Of a DNA stretch of 64,000 bases, positions 57,891 through 64,000 are shown one piece after another. A program made the position numbers and the translations under genes. Source of the DNA: a virus (taxonomy: Duplodnaviria > Heunggongvirae > Uroviricota > Caudoviricetes). The first letter of the stretch is position 1. Each line of letters begins with the position of its first letter. Location of the stretch: the IMG/VR virus record IMGVR_UViG_3300040801_004519, positions 5,231 to 69,230 of that record. The stretch is one strand, 5' to 3'. The notes beneath the pieces were generated by a model. That model saw nothing but the letters and a program-made list of their open reading frames with translations. It did no database searches and was not told the origin of the DNA.

Positions 57891-57904
57891 TTAGAAAGGC
57901 TTAA

Positions 57905-58834
57905 GTGAAAACTTTGATTATAGCAGTTGCTGGGCGTAAGCAGTCTGGCAAGTCGTCCCTTTGCAATTTTCTGGAAGCTACCCTCGCGGATCGTTTAAGG
58001 CGATCCGAGTCTGAATTGTCTCTTGATTTTACACAAGAGAAAGACGGTAGAATATCTTATCACGGAGCAGCCAAAATGGTTGACGAGTTGATAAGTGATT
58101 CATCAAAGCAATATAGTTTTTCTGACCCATTAAAAGAATTCTGCGTCAACACCTTGGGCGTTGATCGCAAGCAATGCTATGGTACGGATGAAGAGAAGAA
58201 CTCCCAAACTAAATTGATGTGGGATAATCTTCCACTGTCTGTTAGATTCCATAACTCAGAAAATGCAAAATTCGTTAAGTACGAGGACGGTATTGGCGAG
58301 CTAGAGGCTGATACAGAGTCTTTGTACTATGCATTCAATGAGCAGACACCGTTCCGCTCAATTGGAGACATTGACAGTTACGACAACTTACCTAGGCACA
58401 CTTCTTTTGAAAAGGCGCTGCAACAAGCAGCGTATCACGAGTTTCGTCCCTCCAGACTGAGAACTGGACCCATGACTGGTCGTGAAGTTATGCAGGTTTT
58501 TGGAACAGACATTATGCGACAGATGTTTGACCAAGATGTCTGGGTAAGAGCTACAATCAATAAGATTAAGAATGAAGCTCCTCCTGTTGCTCTTATAGCC
58601 GACTGTCGCTTCCGATCTGAGTTCGCAGCACTCAATAATCAAGGTGCAGTAGTTATTCGTCTTGAACGGAATGTCTATGATGACGATCATCCTTCAGAAA
58701 CAGACTTTGATGGATTCCCGTTCACAGAATATGATAATACGCTTGTCATCCCAGATGGCTTGACTTTGGACGAACAGAACCAAATTGCACTCAATTTTCT
58801 AGAACAGTACTTGAAAGATACAACACATGTCTAA
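57905..58834 (+). CDS. Deoxynucleoside monophosphate kinase (T4 gp1-like)
   Basis: AVAGRKQSGKSS, YSFSDPLKE, GREVMQVFGTD, IADCRFRSE, HPSE. Confidence 0.8.
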   Translation: MKTLIIAVAGRKQSGKSSLCNFLEATLADRLRRSESELSLDFTQEKDGRISYHGAAKMVDELISDSSKQYSFSDPLKEFCVNTLGVDRKQCYGTDEEKNSQTKLMWDNLPLSVRFHNSENAKFVKYEDGIGELEADTESLYYAFNEQTPFRSIGDIDSYDNLPRHTSFEKALQQAAYHEFRPSRLRTGPMTGREVMQVFGTDIMRQMFDQDVWVRATINKIKNEAPPVALIADCRFRSEFAALNNQGAVVIRLERNVYDDDHPSETDFDGFPFTEYDNTLVIPDGLTLDEQNQIALNFLEQYLKDTTHV

Positions 58835-59945
58835 CTACATGCCACTGGCCCGAAAATATCGACCGAGGAAGCTTGATGACCTTCTTGGTCAAGATGTTCT
58901 TTCTCGAACGCTCAGGAATGCTATTAAAGCCAACCGTATTCATAGTGGATATCTGTTTGTTGGCCCATATGGTTGCGGAAAGACCACTGCTGCGAGAATA
59001 CTTGCAGCGTGCCTAAACAATCCTAAGGGGATGACCGATTCACCCGGAGATGATCCATTAGTAAGCGATATCTTTGAGGGTCGTTCGCTTGACGTTATTG
59101 AGCTTGATGGAGCCACGAACAATGGAATTGACGATATCCGAAACCTCAAGACCGAGGCCGGATATCGTCCAGTCAATGGTCGATATAAGGTCATCATTAT
59201 TGACGAATGTCATGCTATTAGTAAAGCTGGCGTGCAGGCGATGCTCAAGCTTCTAGAAGAACCACCCGAGAATGTGGTGTTTGTTCTCTGCACGACGGAG
59301 AGAAACAAAGTTCCCGCAACCATAAAGACAAGATGTCAAAGCTTTTCTTTTCAGCTTCTTCCATGGAATTTGATTGCAATAAGACTAAAAGAGGTATGCG
59401 AGGCCGAGGGGGTTGAGATTGATGACACTTCCATTAGAATGATTGCGAGAAGCGGTCACGGTCACATGCGTGATGCACTTCAAAATCTTGATCGAGTGAT
59501 CGGTTATATTGGTGGCGAGGCTATCACACCGGAGAAGACCGCTGCTGCTATTGGTGTAGCATCTGAAGAATCGTACTTCAAGCTTGTTAAATCAATAACA
59601 TCTAAGAAGTATGCAGATGCTGTTTTAGCAGTACGAGATATGCTTGGAAGCGGCGCTAGAGTTGAGGAGGTAGTAGAAGGTCTTCTTGAGCATTTGAGAA
59701 TTATCTCTCTGCTTGCATTCTGTGGTAATGACGGAAGTTTACTTCCAGACCTATCAGAGCAAGAGATCAAGTTATATGAGGATCAGCGTAGATTGATGAA
59801 AATCGACCTTATTGACGATATGAAGAATAGGCTTGTCGAACTGCATCGCGGCCTATACTATAACGTAAATCCACAAATTTTATTTGAGCAATATGTGCTT
59901 CGCTCTATAGTCACTCAGCACCGACTTGATAAGGCGGTAAGTTAG
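58827..59945 (+). CDS. dnaX: DNA polymerase III gamma/tau-like clamp loader subunit
   Basis: LARKYRP, LLGQD, GPYGCGKTT, IELDGA, IIIDECH, LLEEPP, TIKTRCQ, GHMRDAL. Confidence 0.92.
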   Translation: MSNYMPLARKYRPRKLDDLLGQDVLSRTLRNAIKANRIHSGYLFVGPYGCGKTTAARILAACLNNPKGMTDSPGDDPLVSDIFEGRSLDVIELDGATNNGIDDIRNLKTEAGYRPVNGRYKVIIIDECHAISKAGVQAMLKLLEEPPENVVFVLCTTERNKVPATIKTRCQSFSFQLLPWNLIAIRLKEVCEAEGVEIDDTSIRMIARSGHGHMRDALQNLDRVIGYIGGEAITPEKTAAAIGVASEESYFKLVKSITSKKYADAVLAVRDMLGSGARVEEVVEGLLEHLRIISLLAFCGNDGSLLPDLSEQEIKLYEDQRRLMKIDLIDDMKNRLVELHRGLYYNVNPQILFEQYVLRSIVTQHRLDKAVS

Positions 59946-59977
59946 TCCTTAGATCGTTGCGCGGCTCAGGGGGGAGC

Positions 59978-60757
59978 ATGCCACGAGAAAGAAAACCACA
60001 GCCCGAAAAGGTTAAGTGTACAGACAGCCAGGAGAAGCTTGATGAAAGGGAAAGATGGGCTAAACTGGTGGATACTGTCCGCAAATCAAGAGACAACAAC
60101 AAAGCTAATGAGGCATTTAAAGTATTAGTATCTGACCTAAAACCTCGAATACTGAGTGTATGTAGTCGATACAGAATTCCTGGAAAAGATGATGAGGATG
60201 TTTACCAAGAAGCCCTGAAAGCCCTGTGGATGAAGGCAATTAAAGATTATGATAGGGGGCGAGGCTCTATGGAGGGCACGGCTCCATTTGATAGGTTTGC
60301 ATTGCTTTGTATACGGCGTCATCTTGCTACAGAACTTAAGATGTCTCAGCAAGTGAAAAGGCGAGTTAATAATCATTGTATATCTTTAGATCAAGATCGG
60401 GGAGACGCCGGTGAAGACCTCTCTCTCGTCAACATCTTATCAGCAAGCGAGGGGGACGTGCTGATGGAAGTTGGCGACAGAGAGGCTTTCCGTTCTCTTG
60501 TCATGCGGTTGCGGAAGAAATTGAGTTCTTTCGAAGATGATGTACTAAAGTTGTACGCCGCCAAGTATACTTATGATGAGATTGCGTCGATTATAAATCA
60601 AGATAGGCCCATTCGATACAAAGTCAATATCAAAGGCGTAGACAATGCACTTTCTAGAATAAAGAACAAGGCAAAATCTATATACGACACTTATGCAAGA
60701 CAAGAGGGCATTGCAAACGAAAGTGAAATCGATTCATATGATGAAGGAAAAGACTAA
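59978..60757 (+). CDS. Sigma-70 family sigma factor, SigH/Spo0H-like
   Basis: EDVYQEA, FDRFALLCIRRHL, ISLD, LSSFEDDVL..Y..YDEIA..KGVDNALSRIKNK parallels B. subtilis SigH. ATG at 59978 follows GGGGAG. Confidence 0.8.
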   Translation: MPRERKPQPEKVKCTDSQEKLDERERWAKLVDTVRKSRDNNKANEAFKVLVSDLKPRILSVCSRYRIPGKDDEDVYQEALKALWMKAIKDYDRGRGSMEGTAPFDRFALLCIRRHLATELKMSQQVKRRVNNHCISLDQDRGDAGEDLSLVNILSASEGDVLMEVGDREAFRSLVMRLRKKLSSFEDDVLKLYAAKYTYDEIASIINQDRPIRYKVNIKGVDNALSRIKNKAKSIYDTYARQEGIANESEIDSYDEGKD

Positions 60758-62004
60758 TGAGTCAAGATAAATCAAAAGGCAAAGTTGTAGAGAGAACCAA
60801 TCCTACGGGTTCAAGTTACGATAAAAATGACGAAGGTGATCTTCGTCATGGCCGAGAACGGCATGTGGCCTATCCGGTTGGCCGTTACTTGCAAGCAGCA
60901 CCGTTCTTCTTTACAAGAGACAAGTGGCCCGCCCCATTTGTTGACATGTACAGAGGGTCGAGTGCTTTTTTAATTGCTGGTGGGCCTAGCTTTGCAGATG
61001 TCGATAAAACAAAGCTCGCTAAGCCTGGTATTTTGACCATGGGAATCAACAACTCCGTTAAGACGTTTCGTCCAGACATGTGGTGTTGTGTTGATGACCC
61101 CGCAAACTTCATTAGGTCAACTTGGCTGGACCCCAAGATAATGAAGTTTGTCCCTATTACTCATTCAGATAAGCAAATTTTCAATTCTGACACTTGGTCT
61201 CCAATGACGGCCAAAGTGGGAGATTGCCCGAACGTTTGGTATTACAAAAGGAACGAGAGGTTTAACGCTTCTCAGTTCCTTAACGAGGATACAATCAACT
61301 GGGGGAACCACACCAACTGGGGCGGCGGCAGGTCAGTACTATTGGCAGCAGTTCGAATTATGTACCTGCTTGGAGTTCGTAACTTATATCTCCTCGGGGT
61401 AGACCTTGACATGGATAATTCAAAAAAGTATCACTTTGAACAGGATAGGTCAAGCGGAAGTATTAGAGGTAACAATAAGACATATGCTCTTTTGAAAGAG
61501 CGATTCACTCTATTGAAGCCCCATTTTGAAGCAAATGACTTTCATGTTTATAACTGCAATCCAAATTCAAAGTTAAAAGTTTTTGAGCATCGTTCTTTTG
61601 ATGATGCCATTGAGGAGGCTCTGGGGGAAATGCCAAGAGATGTTTCAACAGAGCGAACTTCTGGGTTATATGACCGCCGCGCGAAAGAAAAGGAAGCGGC
61701 TAAAGCAGCAAAGAAAAATTCAGAAAAATCCCAAAAGGGGAAAGGTGATGGAAGCCCCGGCGTCACCAAGTCCTGCAAAAACTGTTCGCGGAAGGACATT
61801 GAAAAGATTAAGGCCCAAGTGAATGAGGCAAGGTCCGCCCTCCATGAAGCTAAAGATCGTACTGCTGCCGAGCGGGCCAAGGCTGAAGCTAACGATGAGT
61901 CATTTAACGCCGATAAGTTAAACGAACTTGTTGAAGAAGAGAATCGGAAAAGAAAGATATTTAGAAGACTCCTCGAAGTCAGAAAAGAAGTAACAGGATC
62001 GTAG
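60757..62004 (+). CDS. DUF115 / MptE-like (Maf-like) protein with C-terminal CxxC and coiled coil
   Basis: AFLIAGGPSF, MGINN, AVRIMYLLGVRNLYLLGVD. Confidence 0.7.
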   Translation: MSQDKSKGKVVERTNPTGSSYDKNDEGDLRHGRERHVAYPVGRYLQAAPFFFTRDKWPAPFVDMYRGSSAFLIAGGPSFADVDKTKLAKPGILTMGINNSVKTFRPDMWCCVDDPANFIRSTWLDPKIMKFVPITHSDKQIFNSDTWSPMTAKVGDCPNVWYYKRNERFNASQFLNEDTINWGNHTNWGGGRSVLLAAVRIMYLLGVRNLYLLGVDLDMDNSKKYHFEQDRSSGSIRGNNKTYALLKERFTLLKPHFEANDFHVYNCNPNSKLKVFEHRSFDDAIEEALGEMPRDVSTERTSGLYDRRAKEKEAAKAAKKNSEKSQKGKGDGSPGVTKSCKNCSRKDIEKIKAQVNEARSALHEAKDRTAAERAKAEANDESFNADKLNELVEEENRKRKIFRRLLEVRKEVTGS

Positions 62005-62010
62005 TATCAT

Positions 62011-62727
62011 ATGGATTTTCAAATTGTAGTTCATTGCAACAGATATGGAAGGCTACTGGCTTATCAGTTGTCTTCCCTTATTTTGCATAACCCAGAAAAT
62101 CACAATATCAAATACACCTTGTTCTGGGACCGTCGAGATGGATATGTGAGAGACGTTGTAGAATATTTTTCACCGATTCTATCATCAAATGGGATAACCT
62201 TTGATAGTCAGAACCAGGGTATTGGTTTGCTGAGAAATAGGGGGTACGGTAGGAACTTAGCAGCAAAAAGCAATACAGCGGATTGGGTCTGGTTTGCTGA
62301 TTGTGATTATACCTTCAATACACCAGTTTGGTATGATCTTGAAAGGGGTAGTAACGAAAATCCTGGCGCTAGATTTATCAAGCCTAGGTATGTTCGTGAG
62401 ACAAGCTGGGAGAAAGGGGACGAACTTATCCAACAAATGGATGAGTTGGCAGTTCGACAGTCACCAGTAATGTCAGTGGCCTTAGAGTACAAGCCAATTG
62501 CCATTGGAGGCATTCAGATCGCTTTTGGTGAGACGCTGAGGTCATGTGGCTACTGCCCTTGGATTAAACCTAGGAGAAAGAGAAACTGGGATTTTCGTTC
62601 TGACATTTACTTTAGAAAACAACCAGAGATGCAAAATGTAGCAGAGGTCAATCTTGATGGACTCGTTCGAATTCGACATACGAACAAAGGCTATGGTCAA
62701 AGAAACGCACACAAGGTGGTAAATTGA
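62011..62727 (+). CDS. Putative GT-A fold glycosyltransferase
   Basis: RGYGRNLAAK...WVWFADCDY; GGIQI; SDIYF. Confidence 0.6.
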   Translation: MDFQIVVHCNRYGRLLAYQLSSLILHNPENHNIKYTLFWDRRDGYVRDVVEYFSPILSSNGITFDSQNQGIGLLRNRGYGRNLAAKSNTADWVWFADCDYTFNTPVWYDLERGSNENPGARFIKPRYVRETSWEKGDELIQQMDELAVRQSPVMSVALEYKPIAIGGIQIAFGETLRSCGYCPWIKPRRKRNWDFRSDIYFRKQPEMQNVAEVNLDGLVRIRHTNKGYGQRNAHKVVN

Positions 62728-63488
62728 ATTTAAAAGACTGCACAATAACTGTGGCTGTTGACGAGGGCTATATAGAGAAGCTCTCTTGGACCTATGCCAC
62801 CTGGATGCATTTCAAGAAAGAGATGCGGTCCATGCCACTAGTGGTACTGTTTGATGAAGATTCCTTGAATGAATCCTCAAAAAGCTTCGATGTGTTTTCA
62901 AAACACGAGGGTGGACTTACTTTGGTGCCATGGCGAATGGACAATGCAGAAAGCCAAAGAGAGAAAATGCTTTCTTCGTTAGTTTTTGGAATCCCTGATG
63001 TTGTTAAAACTCCATGGTACTTGAAAATAGACGCTGACACTATTGCAAATAGCAACAGGAAATGGATTGATCCTGGATGGTTTACCAAGGTTGGAGGAGA
63101 GCGTCCAGCTTTTGTGACAAATAGTTGGAACTATACAAAACCAGCGATCTGGATTGACCAACTAAACGAATGGGCAGATAAAGTTGATCAACTTAAAAAT
63201 TATCCTGATGTCGAGTACACTATATCAGACGATGGCAAACGAGCATATCACTCTCGAATCATTTCGTGGCTCTTCTTTGGCAACACCGAGTGGACCAAAA
63301 ATGTGGTTTCGCTCCTTGATGAGAAGAGGATGCCGGTCCCATCTCAAGATACTTTTCTTCATTTCTGCGCCCAGCGAAGCCAACATCATTATGTAACAGC
63401 AAGAATGTCTCGTAATGGATGGGGGCATGCAGGAAGGAAAAAGACCCATTGGATAGCTAATGAGTGCATGAGGTTAATTAATGGCTAA
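62724..63488 (+). CDS. Putative glycosyltransferase
   Basis: WYLKIDADT (DxD), SQDT; lies within a glycosyltransferase cluster. Confidence 0.5.
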   Translation: MNLKDCTITVAVDEGYIEKLSWTYATWMHFKKEMRSMPLVVLFDEDSLNESSKSFDVFSKHEGGLTLVPWRMDNAESQREKMLSSLVFGIPDVVKTPWYLKIDADTIANSNRKWIDPGWFTKVGGERPAFVTNSWNYTKPAIWIDQLNEWADKVDQLKNYPDVEYTISDDGKRAYHSRIISWLFFGNTEWTKNVVSLLDEKRMPVPSQDTFLHFCAQRSQHHYVTARMSRNGWGHAGRKKTHWIANECMRLING

Positions 63489-64000
63489 TCAAGGAATTAT
63501 CTACTATAATCATGGAAGTGGATGTGCCGCTCGCTTGGTTGTATCGTTGTATTCACTGCGAAGTGTATACTCTGACGACATAGCCGTGATTTCTGATGGT
63601 GATGAGTCGAATGAGTTGTGCCAGAAAATGGCAAATGATGCAAGCCTTGGAATTCAGGTCGTAAAACCAAATATCAACGTAAAACTAGGACGAAATCATA
63701 GCTACCTTGCGAAGTGTAGGTTGCACGAACACACACCTTTTGATGTAAGTCTCTACATTGATGCTGACACGATAGTCAAGGGTGACCTTACCCACCTTAT
63801 ACCGCTCGCAGAAGAGAATGAATTTGTGGTTTCTCAGTTTTCAAAATGGAAATCAAATGGAAGAATGATTTCACGACGCATCCGAGATTGGCAGCATATT
63901 CGGCCCAGGGATATAAAGCCAGCCCTAGACTTTGGCCCCGCCGTCAATACTGGAGTGATGTCTTTCGTGAAAGAAAGTAGCTTTATGAAAGACTGGTTTC
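63481..64000 (+). CDS. GT8-like glycosyltransferase, 3'-truncated by the window edge
   Basis: ATG 63481, MANQGIIYYNHG...SLYSLR...KCRLHEHTPFDVSLYIDADTIV...VNTGV; open to the window end and absent from the ORF track. Confidence 0.65.
   Translation, partial: MANQGIIYYNHGSGCAARLVVSLYSLRSVYSDDIAVISDGDESNELCQKMANDASLGIQVVKPNINVKLGRNHSYLAKCRLHEHTPFDVSLYIDADTIVKGDLTHLIPLAEENEFVVSQFSKWKSNGRMISRRIRDWQHIRPRDIKPALDFGPAVNTGVMSFVKESSFMKDWF

Noticed and set aside
1052-63449. Numerous minus-strand and nested short ORFs in the track
   Set aside because: All overlap longer, motif-bearing plus-strand genes and show no recognisable motifs; treated as shadow ORFs.
1-64000. Bacterial chromosome or prophage/ICE; tRNA and rRNA genes
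   Set aside because: No ribosomal or core metabolic operons, integrase or att sites are seen. Uniform strand use, giant virion-like ORFs and phage-type SSB, helicase and kinase favour a large phage. The only T-arm-like motif I found belongs to the tmRNA.

Overview
About 64 kb of a large (jumbo-type) tailed bacteriophage genome. Every credible gene is on the + strand, tightly packed, and standard code 11 fits. Layout: (1) 1-15.6 kb, three very large virion/adhesin-like proteins (FN3, Asp-box propeller, LamG, Kelch, vWA). (2) 15.6-19.9 kb, glycosyltransferase, DUF115/Maf-like, metallophosphoesterase and hypothetical genes. (3) 19.9-38.5 kb, a bacterial-style replication/recombination module: SF2 helicase, DnaC-like, DnaB, a primase split into two genes, an intein-bearing DnaE split into two genes, gp32-like SSB, RecA, Cas4-like exonuclease, Gam-like. 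(4) 38.6-51.9 kb, an accessory region: Agt-like GT4 plus PlcP-like phosphoesterase (phosphorus-starvation lipid remodelling pair), an RHH/capsid-like fusion, repair genes, UvrD, a NeuA/NeuB/KdsC nonulosonic-acid cluster, pilin-like genes, and two free-standing homing endonucleases each flanked by a recoded duplicate of part of the neighbouring gene. (5) A complete tmRNA. (6) 54-64 kb, TopA, HNH, dNMP kinase, DnaX, a SigH-like sigma factor and a second glycosylation cluster. The strongest candidates for undescribed biology are the phage Agt-PlcP module, the replisome with both DnaE and DnaG split, the nonulosonic-acid/Maf-like glycosylation system, and the endonuclease-linked gene-end replacements. 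All family assignments come from motif recognition by eye; no database searches were run.
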